Part shown: piece by piece, positions 1 to 11,544 of the stretch
How the letters are laid out: every line of letters starts with the position of its first letter
Position numbering within the stretch: the stretch's first letter is position 1
Source of the DNA: Malacoraja senta
Taxonomy: Eukaryota
NCBI GenBank assembly: GCA_038087875.1
Contig: CM075978.1
Span: 187,302,001-187,366,000 of the forward strand
Direction: 5' to 3'
Length of the DNA stretch: 64,000 nucleotides
The notes under the pieces: model-generated
The model's database searches: none
The model's input: only the letters and a program-made list of their open reading frames with translations
What the model was told of the DNA's origin: nothing
Made by a program: the position numbers and the translations under genes

Positions 1-271
1 AACGATGGGGGGGGTGGAAATCTTCTGCTGATATTGCTGCCGTCTGCCCTTGTGCTTTGTTCTGTAGCTCATACCCTGGCACTGTGCGTTCCACTGGGAG
101 GTCGACATAATACAGGACCTTGGAGTGTAAGTAGCAGGTCCCCATGCCAGCCTTGGTGTCCTGCTACCAACCCCTGCCCTGGGCTTATTGGCTTTCAAAC
201 CTGTTGTTTAATTTGAATATTGCTAAATTTCACAGCAAATTGGGTATTATAGAAAAATAAAAATACAATCA

Positions 272-437
272 CAGTGCCCTGGGACAAAGACACATCATTT
301 ATTTATTTGCTTCTGTATTTCACAATTTGATATTTGTAATAGAAAATAATCACATGTGGTTAAAGTGCACATTGTCAGATTTTAATAAAAGGCCATTTTT
401 ATACATTTTGTTCACCATGTAGAAATTACAGCAGTGT
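272..437. mobile_element. Tc1/mariner terminal inverted repeat remnant (same family as 14797-16341, 25038-26554, 59813-60187)
   Basis: CAGTGCCCT..GGGACAAAGAC.CATCATTTATTTATTTGC...GTGCACATTGTCAGATTTT matches the TIR of the longer copies. Confidence 0.85.
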
Positions 438-459
438 GACCTTATAGCACCAAACAATA

Positions 460-750
460 AACACTTGCACACCTTCCCTTCAGCCAACAATGAGCCATTG
501 GACATCTCCTAGATTATCGTCTGATTTGATTTGTCCATTTCACACCTTACATGCTCTTTGTATCCTTCCATATCTCTAGTCTCTCTCTCTCCCCTGACTC
601 TCAGTCTGAAGAAGGGTCTCCACCCGAAACGTCACCCGTTCCTTCTCTCCAGGGATGCTGCCTGTCCCGCTGAGTTACTCCAGCATTTTGTGTCTATCTT
701 TGGTGCAAACCAAATATCATAGAGCGGAGCTGCAGTTCCTTCCTGCACAT
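460..750 (+). mobile_element. Penelope-like element 3' fragment with hammerhead ribozyme motif
   Basis: Pyrimidine-rich 3'UTR, then CTGAAGAAGGGTCTCCACCCGAAACGTC (606-633), then the conserved GATGCTG..GAGTTACTCCAGCATTTTGTGTC..TGCAGTTCCTTCC tail shared with other copies. Confidence 0.8.
606..633 (+). ncRNA. Minimal type I hammerhead ribozyme core (intact core)
   Basis: CUGAAGA box, stem II GGGU/ACCC, GAAA box, palindromic ACGU stem III, GUC cleavage triplet. Confidence 0.6.
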
Positions 751-1820
751 TATTGAATATGTTTTTGGTCAACCAAATTAAATCAAATAAGTAGGAATTT
801 AACTTTTGCTTACTGATCTCTCCAAAGCTTATTCTTATTGATATTGTTGATCTACTGAACCTGTGCTGGGGTTAAACTGGTGCAGGCTTAGCAGGCAGCT
901 TGTGAAACGGGAAATCTGAGCTGGTCTGTGCTGCCCTGTTGAGCTCAATGAGGTGTTCATTGTGGATCAATGCATAGCTGTGGCGGAAGTTAGGTTTTCT
1001 CAGGAGTCCGGAGTTTTATCTGGTTAAGTGGATAAATGCCGGCAGATCAGAGTGGATCTGCGAGCTTTTAAGTGGAAAATTGGGGCTGTTATCTCTCAGA
1101 AGAGATGCTTTTTAGTGCATTAGTAAAAATATTTGGGAAAAAACAAGTTGCTGTTGCCTTTCATCCCACTGGTCGGGAATGGCTTTCAGTGAGTCACTGT
1201 TGAAAAGCTGGTTGTATACTTTTTCTTAATGTGCATTGAGAATGAACAAGGATTCAAGTATAGCTTTTATGCATTCTAAGGTCTTTGAAGTTTTTCAGTT
1301 GTGTAATTTCTGACCGCTTCACATTATTGCTTTCTTTCTGGATTTTATGTTTTTTGAGAAACTTGACATTCACTCTGAAGCTTGATTAGCTCTGCAAGCT
1401 GCATTAGTTAAAAAGAATGAGTGCTGGCTTGTTTGCCTGGATTTTAACATTGCACAAAAGCTTTCAGGTCCTTGAAATGAGAAAATGCACTTGAGGGAAT
1501 ACTAATCCTCTCTTATTACTGGACTAATTCTAAATGTCCCTATAACAGAAATTGTAGCAGACATTAATGCAGCGTTGTTGATGCAGGCTAATACCATTTC
1601 GAAGCTGATTCTAAATTGAACTTTGACTGTTGGTTAGGTCTTAACTGAAGCGTCTTCGTACTGTGACACTCGGACTGCCAACAGTTTGGGAAAACTGGGG
1701 AAAGAAATGCTTTGTTTCTTTCACCAATTTACCCAAATACACAAGAAATGATGCTTTGGGGCTTTGGAGAGATTTAGTATCAACATACATTCTCGAGCGC
1801 CAATTTCCTTGCATTATATG

Positions 1821-2082
1821 GGCTGCACAGTGGCGTAGCGGTAGAGTTGCTGCCTTACAGCGCCATGGACCGGGTTCGATCCTGACCATGGGGGCTGTCC
1901 GTACAGATTTTGTATGTTCTTCCTGTGACTGCGTGGGTTTTCTCTGGGTGCTTCGGTTTCTCCCACATCTCAAAGACGGGCAGGTGTGTGGGTTAATTGG
2001 CTTCTGTAAATTGTCCCTAGTGTGTAGGATAGAAATAATGTACAGGTGATTGATGATCGCTGTGGACTCAGTGGCGTATCTC
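1821..2082 (+). mobile_element. tRNA-derived V-SINE (HE1-like elasmobranch SINE)
   Basis: A box TGGCGTAGCGG (1831-1841), B box GGTTCGATCC (1873-1882), V-domain GTGACTGCGTGGGTTTTCTCTGGGTGCTTCGGTTTC.CCCACA, CR1-like 3' tail. Confidence 0.85.
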
Positions 2083-2157
2083 CTACTGAACAATGATTTT
2101 GTAGCGCGACGATAAGCCCGAAATGAAGGCGAGGAGCCAGGTGTTTCGGGAGGTATT

Positions 2158-3353
2158 TTATTCGCTGTCCATTCGCATCCATTCCCGTGCTGAGGGGTTC
2201 GATAGTGGAAATGGCCCGACCCTTGGGAGCCGCCACAGGACCCCCCCCCCCAGAATAGGAGGCACGAAACGCACCGGCGGGCGTACAACCCGACCGGACC
2301 GCGTACGGAAGTTGGCCGACAGAGGGGCTGGCGGAGGCACCGATGGAGGGACAGGCGGAGGGGGCCGCGAAGGGGGGCTACCTCGCGGCCGAGGCTGGGT
2401 ACCCAGCACCGGCTGGTCAATGTCCAAATGTGCCGGCTTTAACCGGTCAATCGACTCGGCCTGCGGCCGGCCCCCCTTGTCCAACACAAGGGTTGCCTGT
2501 CCGTGCTCCAGCACCCGGAACAGTCCCTCATATGGCTATGGAGAGGCGTCCGGTGGGCATCACGGTGCAGGAAAACATAGGGGCAGTCCCGGAGGGCACA
2601 AGCTGGCGGAATGTCCCATGGCGGGACGTCGGCACGGGCGCGAGCCTGCCCACTCACTCGTGAAGGCGCTGTAGAGTGGATGAGGGCGTTCCCTGCTGCC
2701 CCGGCGCTGACGGCACGAACTCCCCGGGCACCGTGAGTGGCGACCCATAAACGGGCTCCGCTGAGGATGAGGCCAAGTCCTCCTTAGGAGCAGTCCGGAT
2801 GCCCAGCATGACCCACGGCAGTTTGTCCATCCAGTCCGGGCTGGAGAGTCACACCTTCAGCACTGCCTTGAGCTGCCGGTGGAACCTCTCCACCAGGCCG
2901 CTGCCTGCGGGTGATAGGCCGTGGTGTGGTGCAGCCGCACACCCAACAAGTGAGCCAGAGGTGAACTGTGGCCCCCGGTCCAAGGAGATGTCCTCTGGCA
3001 CGTCAAAGCGAGCAATCCAGTGCGCGGACAACGCACGAGTGCACGTAGCCGCTGAAGTATCGCCAGCAGTATGGCCTCCAGCCACCGTGAAGCGGTCCAC
3101 CATCATGCGGAGGTGGGTGATGCCCTGGGACGGCGGGAGAGGCCCCACAATGTCCACGTGCAGGTGGTCAAAATACCGGCATGGCAGACCGAACTCCCGG
3201 AGGGGCGCCCAGACATGGAGCTGGATTTTTGCCGTCTGGCACGGAATGCAGGTGCGGGCCCAGTGGCCAACCTGCTTGCGCAGACCGTGCCACATGAACC
3301 AAGCAGCCACAAGTGCCGTCATTGCCCGGATGGATGGGTGAGCCAGCCCATGG
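2158..3353 (-). pseudogene. Gypsy integrase, frameshifted
   Basis: HHCC finger (HGLAH...CIPC), HVDIVGPLP, DRGPQFTS, GLVERFHRQLK in ORF 2849-3385; C-terminal SIDRLKPAHLD in ORF 2158-2514. Confidence 0.9.
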
Positions 3354-3371
3354 ATCACGTCGGGGTCACCA
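3354..3371 (-). promoter_or_regulatory. Primer-binding site complementary to tRNA-Trp
   Basis: TGGTGACCCCGACGTGAT, 1 nt inside the CA end of the 5' LTR; identical to the tRNA-Trp PBS I recall from avian leukosis viruses. Confidence 0.85.
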
Positions 3372-4208
3372 ATGTAGCGCGACAATAAGCCCGAAATGAA
3401 GGCGAGGAGCCAGGTGTTTCGGGAGGTATTTTATTCGCTGTCGTTCTCCTGACCAGACGAGTCTGCAAGAGGGAGATTGCACCTAAACCCCGGCCCTTTA
3501 TCCCTGTAGCTAAGGGCCGCCCCCAGACTCATCCAATCCCGTGCCGAGGGGTTCGATAGTGGAAGTTTAAAAGTGTGAATGTGGTGGAAATATACTGCCA
3601 CAGCATTTAAAAGGAAGGATGGAAATTCTTTCATTAACTCTCATTTGAAACAGTAAATATTTTCTATTTCAAATGTTTTCACAGGGCTTTCTTTTTGTTA
3701 TAGACTTCCATAATTTTCTTTCCAGGATTTCTTTAAGGGATAGATGCCAGTTAAGCAAAACTACTAAGTCCTATTTTATTTAGATTTGTGTTTAATATTT
3801 TGGGGGAAAGCCCCACGCTAGTGGCAGATCATGGAGTACTCAACCTTGGTATTTCTCCTTCAACTCAACGTTATTTTCTTCTCTTCTGCCTGCAATAATG
3901 TTCAGCTGCTGATTTTTATACGCCGCACCTACATCCTGTTATTAATATTCAAAGTAAACAGAGATATTATGGACTTGTCATTTCCGCCGTGTCCAAGTGT
4001 TTTCTTGATTTAAATTTTTGGACATTTAAAGTTCTCTCCAAGTTTGCCTTGAGCATTCTTTGCCTGAGGGGAGTTATGACCCTTGTACATCCTGTTGTGC
4101 AGCATTTACAGGAACTAGTGGTCATCTCCTGTGCCTGTCTTAGTTAAAGCACAGCTCAAGATGCAGAGCAGGTTTATTTTCAACAGGGAAGGATGTTTTA
4201 TATGTGTT

Positions 4209-7200
4209 ATAGAAACATAGAAACATAGAAAATAGGTGCAGGAGTAGGCCATTCGGCCCTTCGAGCCATTCAATATGATCATGGCTCATCATCCAACTCA
4301 GTATCCTGTACCTGCTTTCTCTCCATACCCCCTGATCCCTTTAGCCACAAGGGCCACATCTAACTCCCTCTTAAATATAGCCAATGAACTGGCCTCAACT
4401 ACCTTCTGTGGCAGAGAATTCCAGAGATTCACCACTCTCTGTGTGAAAAATGTTTTCCTCATCTCGCTCCTAAAAGATTTCCCCCTTATCCTTAAACTGT
4501 GACCCCTGGTTCTGGACTTCCCCAACATCGGGAACAATCTTCCTGCATCTAGCCTGTCCAACCCCTTAAGAATTTTGTACGTTTCTATAAGATCCCCCCT
4601 CAATCTTCTAAATTCTAGCGAGTACAAACCGAGTCTATCCAGTCTTTCTTCATATGAAAGTCCTGACATCCCAGGAATCAGTCTGGTGAACCTTCTCTGT
4701 ACTCCCTCTATGGAAGAATGTCTTTCCTCAGATTAGGAGACCAAAACTGTACGCAATACTCCAGGTGTGGTCTCACCAAGACCCTGTACAACTGCAGTAG
4801 AACCTCCCTGCTCCTATACTCAAATCCTTTTGCTATGAATGCTGACATACCATTCGCCTTCTTCACTGCCTGCTGCACCTGCATGCCTACTTTTAATGAC
4901 TGGTGTACCATGACACCCAGGTCTCGTTGCATCTCCCCTTTTCCTAATCGGCCACCATTCAGATAATAGTCTACTTTCCTGTTTTTGTCACCAAAGTGGA
5001 TAACCTCACATTTATCCACATTATACTGCATCTGCCATGCATTTGCCCACTCACCCAGCCTATCCAAGTCACCTTGCAGCCTCCGAGCATCCTCCTCACA
5101 GCTAATACTGCCCCCCGGCTTCGTGTCATCCTCAAACTTGGAGATGTTGCATTCAATTCCCTCGTCCAAATCATTAATATATATCGTAAATAGCTGGGGT
5201 CCCAGCACTGAGCCTTGCGGTACCCCACTAGTCACTGCCTGCCATTGTGAAAAGGACCCGTTTACTCCTACTCTTTGCTTCCTGTCTGCCAGCCAGTTCT
5301 CTATCCACATCAATACTGAACCCCCAATACCGTGTGCTTTAAGTTTGTATACTAATCTCTTATGTTGGACCTTGTCGAAAGCCTTCTGAAAGTCCAGATA
5401 TAACACATCCACTGGTTCTCCCTTATCCACTCTACTAGTTACATCCTCGAAAAATTCTATAAGATTCGTCAGACATGATTTGCCTTTCATAAATCCATGC
5501 TGACTTTGTCCAATGATTTCACCACTTTCCAAATGTGCTGCTATCCCATCTTTAATAACTGATTCTAGCAGTTTTCCCACTACCGACGTTAGACTAACTG
5601 GTCTGTAATTCCCCGTTTTCTCTCTCCCTCCCGTTCTAAAAAGTGGGGTTACATTAGCTACCCTCCAACCCTCCAATACTCCAGAATCTAAAGAGTTTTG
5701 AAAAATTATCACTAATGCATCCACTATTTCTGGGGCTACTTCCTTAAGTACTCTGGGATGCAACCTATCTGGCCCTGGGGATTTATCGGCCTTTAATCCA
5801 TTCAATTTACCTAACACCACTTCCCGGCTAACCTGGATTTCACTCAGTTCCTCCATCTCATTTGACCCCCGGTCCCCTGCTATTTCCAGCAGATTATTTA
5901 TGTCTTCCTTAGTGAAGACAGAACCAAAGTAGTTATTCAATTGGTCTGCCATGTCCTTGTTCCCCATGATCAATTCACCTGTTTCTGACTGCAAGGAACC
6001 TACATTTGTTTTAACTAATCTTTTTCTCTTCACATATCTATAAAAGCTTTTGCAGTCAGTTTGTATGTTCCCTGACAGTTTTCTTTCATAATCTATTTTC
6101 CCTTTCCTAATTAAGCCCTTTGTCCTCCTCTGCTGGACTCTGAATTTCTCCCAGTCCTCTGGTAGGCTGCTTTTTCTGGCTAATTTGTATGCTTCATCTT
6201 TTGTTTTGATACTATCCCTGATATCCCTTGTTATCCACGGATGCACTACCTTCCCTGATTTATTTTTTTGCCAAACTGGGATGAACAATTTTTGTAGTTC
6301 ATCCATGCAGTCTTTAAATGCCTTCCATTGCATATCTACCGTCAACCCATTAAGAATCAATTGCCAGTCTATCTTGGCCAATTCACTTCTCATACCCTCA
6401 AAGTTACCTTTCTTTAAGTTCAGGACCCTTGTTTCTGAATTAACAATGTCACTCTCCATCCTAATGAAGAACTCAACCATATTATGGTCACTCTTGCCCA
6501 AGGGGCCACGCACAACAAGACTGCTAACTAACCCTTCCTCATTACTCAATACCCAATCTAGAATAGCCTGCTCTCTCGTTGGTTCCTCTACATGTTGGTT
6601 TAGAAAACTATCCCGCATACATTCCAAGAAATCCTCTTCCTCAGCACCCTTGCCAATTTGATTCACCCAATCTATATGTAGATTGAAGTCACCCATTATA
6701 ACTGTTTTACCTTTGTTGCACGCATTTCTAATTTCCTGTTTGATGCCATCCCCAACTCCACTACTACTGTTAGGTGGCCTGTACACAACTCCCACTAGCG
6801 TTTTCTGCCCCTTAGTGTTTCGCAGCTCTACCCATATCGATTCCACATCCTCCAAGCTAATGTCCTTCCTTTCTATTGCGTTAATCTGCTCTCTAACCAG
6901 CAACGCTACCCCACCTCCTTTCCCTTTCTGTCTATCCCTCCTGAATATTGAATATCCCTGGAGCCATGTCTCCGTGATCCCAACTATATCATATTCATTA
7001 ATAGCTATCTGCACATTCAACTCATCCACCTTATTACGAATGCTCCTTGCATTGAGACACAAAGCCTTCAGGCTTGTTTTTACAACACTCTTACCCCTTA
7101 TACAATTATGTTGAAAAGTGGCCCTTTTTGATTTTTGCCCTGGATTTGTCTGCCTGCCACTTTTACTTTTCACCTTGCTACCTATTGCTTCTACCCTCAT

Positions 7201-7345
7201 TTTACACCCCTCTGTCTCTACGCTCACACATTTAAGAAACCCTTTCCCTTTAACTCCATCCTCAACTATCCCATTCGACGCCCCACCTCCCTTATTCAGT
7301 TTAAAACCACCCGTGTAGCAGTGGCAAATCTGCCTGCCAGAATAC
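4209..7345 (-). mobile_element. CR1 LINE, 5'-truncated within ORF1, near-complete ORF2
   Basis: (CTATGTTT)n tail at 4209-4230; 3'UTR; ORF2; the last codons of ORF1 (ILAGRFATATRVVLN*) at the 5' end. Confidence 0.95.
4298..7200 (-). pseudogene. CR1 ORF2 (APE endonuclease + reverse transcriptase), frameshifted near C-terminus
   Basis: NARSI, GITETW, GDFN, SDH (APE); YLDFQKAFDKV, GVPQGSVLGP, SKFEDDTK (RT; usual FADD reads FEDD); apparent 1-nt deletion near 4712 splits ORF 4708-7347 from 4298-4669. Confidence 0.93.
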
Positions 7346-7449
7346 ATTTTTGAAATGTATATTTATTTTTATATATTTTTAATATATATTTATAGTCATA
7401 TATTTATACATATTATATTTATATAATATATATATATAGAGAGAAAGAT

Positions 7450-7948
7450 AAACTGAACTTTTCCTTTTCTTTGTTTATTACATTGTTTACAGAGCATTAT
7501 GTTTATATGTATGAATATTGACTTCTCGAACTTCAAGCAACCCTTGATTTCCCAATTTTCCGACCAGTCTGACTGTCCCCGATTACATTTTATCTCTGCT
7601 TTGTTGTCACCTTCTCCTAGCTAACAATGATCTATTCTACATTTTCCTTGAACTTCATCTCTTTTGATGTCTCGTTTTCACATACTTTACCCTTCCTTAT
7701 CTCTAGGTCTCCCTCTCCCCTGACTCTCAATCTGAAGAAGGGTCTCGACCCGAAACGTCACCCATTCCTTCTATCCAGAGATGCTGTCTGTCCCACTGAT
7801 GTATTCCAGCATTTTGTGTCTGTCTAGGGTGGAAACCAGCTTCTGCAGCTCCTTCCTGCTCAATGTTTACATATTCTGTTGTGCTGCTGCAAATAAGAAT
7901 TTCATTATTCTGTTTGGAACATTTAACAATAAAACACTCTGACTCTTT
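7450..7948 (+). mobile_element. Rex1/Babar-type LINE 3' tail, split by the Penelope insertion
   Basis: GCTGC.AAGAATTTCATT...AATAAAACACTCTGACTCT terminal motif resumes after the TSD. Confidence 0.5.
7509..7862 (+). mobile_element. Penelope-like 3' fragment with intact hammerhead core, imperfect 10-bp TSD
   Basis: Starts in the ORF tail (MNIDFSNFK); core CTGAAGAAGGGTCTCGACCCGAAACGTC at 7732-7759; flanks ATGTTTATAT (7499-7508) and ATGTTTACAT (7863-7872). Confidence 0.85.
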
Positions 7949-9070
7949 TTATTGAAGTTGCAGAGAAATAGGAAGTTGATGGTAATTTTATTTCTGTGAT
8001 GGGGAAAACACAAGAAAGTAGGTCATCGGCATCGGAACTAAAATAAAATAAATTGCTGGATATTCTCAGCGGGTCAGACAGCATCTGTGGAGAGAGAAAC
8101 GTTAATGTTATGGGTTGATATCTTATCATCGGAATAATCAGAGATCATAAACCTGATCTCAGGACAGATACTGCTTGCTCGATTTGCAAGTATTTCCAAC
8201 TTTTTGTGGGGTTTTTTTGTCTGCAAATTGTTTAATTCAGTGTTTGTACTTTTTTTAAATTATTTTGCCGACAGCTATCACTTTCGACAACAGTAATGGA
8301 ATTATTGACTAATCATCAATCCCCAGTAATTAATCTTCACTGATCCAAATGTTACAAAGATGCATGTGCTGAAAAAGGTTAAAAGTGCATATTCGGAGTT
8401 GTCTGTTGTTTCTCTTTGTCACCCAAGTTTCTCTTTGTCACCCAACTCCTAGACAGTTGTACTTCCCACATGTTACCTTCGTATCACAGAATATTATTTG
8501 CTGGGATGGATCTATCCAAATTGAATTTGCGAGAATTAATACCATCTGCTTGCATTGTATCTGAGGGGAGCCTGTTCTTTATTTTGATCATTTATATACC
8601 AGATGGCTAAATATCAAGCACCAATTTACTCTAATTCTACGTAAACCCATTTTCTTCTCCCCACATTCCCTTCAATAATTCATATTTCTAATAATTATAT
8701 ACAATCTGGGGGGCAATCTACAGTGGCCATTTAACCTACTAAGCCACCTGCTTTTGGGGGAGTGGGAGAAAACTCACATTGTTGTTGGGAGAATGTGTAA
8801 GCATCTATACACACAATAGTGTATTCAAATTTGCAGGAGCTGTGAAGCAGCTGTTCTACCGACTATCACTATCAGACATCTCCAACTCTCATGGGCACTT
8901 TAAACTTACAGTATGCACAAGTCCTAGTTCCTGCACTCTTGACCCCATTACCACCAAACATCTTTCACCTAGGTTACTATACTGCTGTTGTTGAAGGTTA
9001 CCACCACCTCCACTCAGATGCTCTAGTTTTATTTCCCCTCCTCATGCAATCCCATTTCAAATTTATAGTT

Positions 9071-9363
9071 GTTAGTTTAGTTTAGAGATACAGTCCAGAA
9101 ACGGGTCCTTCGGCCCACCGAGTCTGCGCCGATCAGCGATCCCCGTACACTAGCACTATCCTACACACTAGGGGCAATTTGCAATCTTGGCCAAAGGCAA
9201 TTGTACGTCTTTGGAGTGTGGGAGGAAACCGGATCACCCGGAGAAAAACCACACGGTCATGGGGAAAACGTATAAACTCCGTACAGACAGCATCCATAGT
9301 CAGGATCGAACCCGGGTTTCTTGAGCGGTCAGGTAGCAACTCTACCGCTGCACCAACCGTGCC
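9071..9363 (-). mobile_element. V-SINE (HE1-like), full length
   Basis: tRNA head (A and B boxes), V-domain, CR1-like tail ending in (CTAAA)n. Confidence 0.88.
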
Positions 9364-9559
9364 ACGAATCAATGCAATCTGCCAGAATCATTGTCCTTGT
9401 CAAAATAGTCCATCCTTGACTCCTCTGCCCTGTCAGTCACTCTGTCCAGTATAGAGTCTTCCTTTTTTTTCTCAAATGCTTGAATGCATAACAACCCCAA
9501 GTCTGTTGTTTCCTTCAGTCAGATATTCATCTCTAGCATAATGCTAAAACTGTCCTTAG

Positions 9560-9720
9560 AATGTCATTGTGTGACGTTGACAGTGGTCCGTGACCTTGGC
9601 TAACCACCTTGCTTCATCTCTTGACCTGGGTGCAGCTTTTGTCATGATTGACCATATTATCCTCTTTAACAACTCTCTATCCTTTAGCTGGAGTGGATCG
9701 CCTTTCCTCATTCCACATCT
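9560..9720 (+). mobile_element. Ancient L2 LINE RT remnant
   Basis: Translates as LDLGAAFVMIDHIIL, resembling L2 LDLSAAFDTIDHxIL. Confidence 0.55.
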
Positions 9721-9924
9721 ACTTGTTGTAATTTTGCTGGGAAGTTAGTGCAGCTTTAACAGAGAATCTTGCCTGCATTATGTACTGAATTGTTTCCAGT
9801 TCTTAAATATTCCAGTTTCTCTTGTACAGCTTGCATGGATTTTTCTGCAGTATTATGTATGTATATGTATGCATGTATAGCTGTAGCAGTATAATACCTG
9901 TAAGTTCTGATCTCCGATGAAAAT

Positions 9925-10342
9925 AAAGTTTAGTTTATTATCATTGTCATGTGTACCAAGGTACAGTAAAAAGTTTTTTTTGTTGCATGCTATCCTGTCT
10001 GTGAAAATTCTATATGTGATTACAATCAAGCCTTCCACAGTGTAGAGATACAGGATAAAGGGAATGATGTTTAGTGTAAGATAAAGTCCAATAAAATCTG
10101 ATTAAACATAGTTCAAAGGTCTCTGATGGCTGGTCGGGATTGCTCTCAAGTTGGCGATACAATGGTTCAGTTGTTTGATAACAGAAACTGTTCCTGAAAC
10201 TGGAGGTGTGCGTTTTCAAACTTCTCTCCCTTTTGCCTGTTGTGAGAAGGGAGAAGAGGGTGTGGCTGGGGTGAGACTTGTCCTTGATTATGTTAATGAG
10301 TTTGCCGAGTCAGTGTGAAGTGTAGATGGAGTCAATGGTGGG
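9925..10342 (-). mobile_element. Rex1/Babar LINE 3' fragment
   Basis: Minus-strand IIKDKSHPSHTLFSLL..KRERSLKTHTSSFRNSF (Rex1 C-terminus), then 3'UTR and AATAAACTAAAC tail. Confidence 0.8.
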
Positions 10343-10943
10343 GAGGAGGAAGAATGGTCTTGATCCGAAACAACGTCTGTCCAATTCCCTCCACAAAATG
10401 CTACCTGAGCCACTGGGTTCCTCAGGCACTTTGTGTTTGGCTCAAGGTTCCTGCATCTGCAGTTCCTTGTGTGATCACAGATGAGATTGTTTCAAGAGAC
10501 AGTTGAGATGCAGTAAGACGTCTCTGACTGCGAACATGATAATGTTCAGAAACTTGGTAAGTGTAACATGAAATGCTCGATTGGCATGTTATGAGGTGCG
10601 TTTGTAGTTTCCCTACGAATATTGAGATTGAAGGATGGCCCTTAGGGCCCCGGGTGCAGATGTAAGTGATCACTTATTGAATCATTGATCAATCCAGAAA
10701 TCTCAGAAAACTGGGTTAGGTTACACAGCTCATAAATAATGTAATAGATTCATATGGCTGTGACATTTCCCATGGAAATCTATCAGAGCCAGCTGAAGCA
10801 ATGAAGCAGAGTTATGTCTGAGATGCAATCTTATTTATAGTGAATTCAGTTTGCTTTCTGAAGATGCAACATCGTGTCTTTTTTATTTTGCTTTTTGACC
10901 AATTATTTGTTTAAGCATGCACCAGCCCCATCGTCTAGTTTTT

Positions 10944-10946
10944 ACA

Positions 10947-10997
<51 letters not shown>

Positions 10998-11000
10998 ACA
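10944..11000. repeat. (CA)n microsatellite, interrupted
   Basis: Direct reading. Confidence 0.95.
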
Positions 11001-11267
11001 TTGTTAGGTAGCTAGAGCCTTGTCTGTGTCACATTTTAGTGTGGCATTTGTGCGGAAAGGATATATTTAAACAAATTTTCTAGCATATTATTTGAACAAT
11101 AGATAAAAAGCTACATTTATAACTGAAGCTAGGATTTTTGTTTACAATTTCATTGTATCGTGTTTGTCCTGACTTTGCCAAAACGCTTTCACTGAATATT
11201 TGCTCTTTTCTGTTGGAGTTACGCTGGTGAAACTGAGATTGAAAAACCTAAAATTAAAGTCATTAAA

Positions 11268-11405
11268 AGTGTCTGAAGATGGGTCTCGACCCAAAATGTC
11301 GCCTATCCATTTTCTCCAGAGATGCTGTCTGACCCGCTGAGTTACTCCAGCATTTCGTATCAACCTTTGGTATAAACCAGCATCTGCAGTTTCTTTTTAA
11401 TACAT
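11268..11405 (+). mobile_element. Penelope-like 3' end, degenerate hammerhead core
   Basis: CTGAAGATGGGTCTCGACCCAAAATGTC (11273-11300) plus conserved tail. Confidence 0.8.
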
Positions 11406-11544
11406 TGTGTTTGAAATATTGCCTGCTCTATTTACTGAATAGTTTTTGGTTGGTAGTAGTGCTGCAGTCTTCTGATATATAGGTTTGTACCCCACTGTTT
11501 ATGAAGTTAACTATTTTATTCAAGAGGGAGAAAGAAAGAAAGAA

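Larger units (their letters stand above)
2100..3564 (-). mobile_element. Gypsy/Ty3 LTR retrotransposon, internally deleted (integrase only)
   Basis: Two related LTRs (2100-2237 with TG..CA ends; 3373-3564, 5'-truncated), PBS 3354-3371, polypurine tract 2241-2251, and integrase frames between them. Confidence 0.92.

Noticed and set aside
1821-1890. tRNA gene
   Set aside because: A and B boxes are present but continue into the V-domain and LINE tail; this is a SINE head, not a cloverleaf
1641-2420. 259-aa minus-strand ORF
   Set aside because: Chimeric read-through of Gypsy LTR, V-SINE and flank; no domain
4718-7318. Plus-strand ORFs overlapping CR1 (and similar ones over Tc1 and Gypsy)
   Set aside because: Antisense shadows of transposon coding sequence
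4708-7347. Active CR1 ORF2 or domesticated gene
   Set aside because: C-terminal frameshift, FADD>FEDD, small internal deletions, and 5' truncation within ORF1
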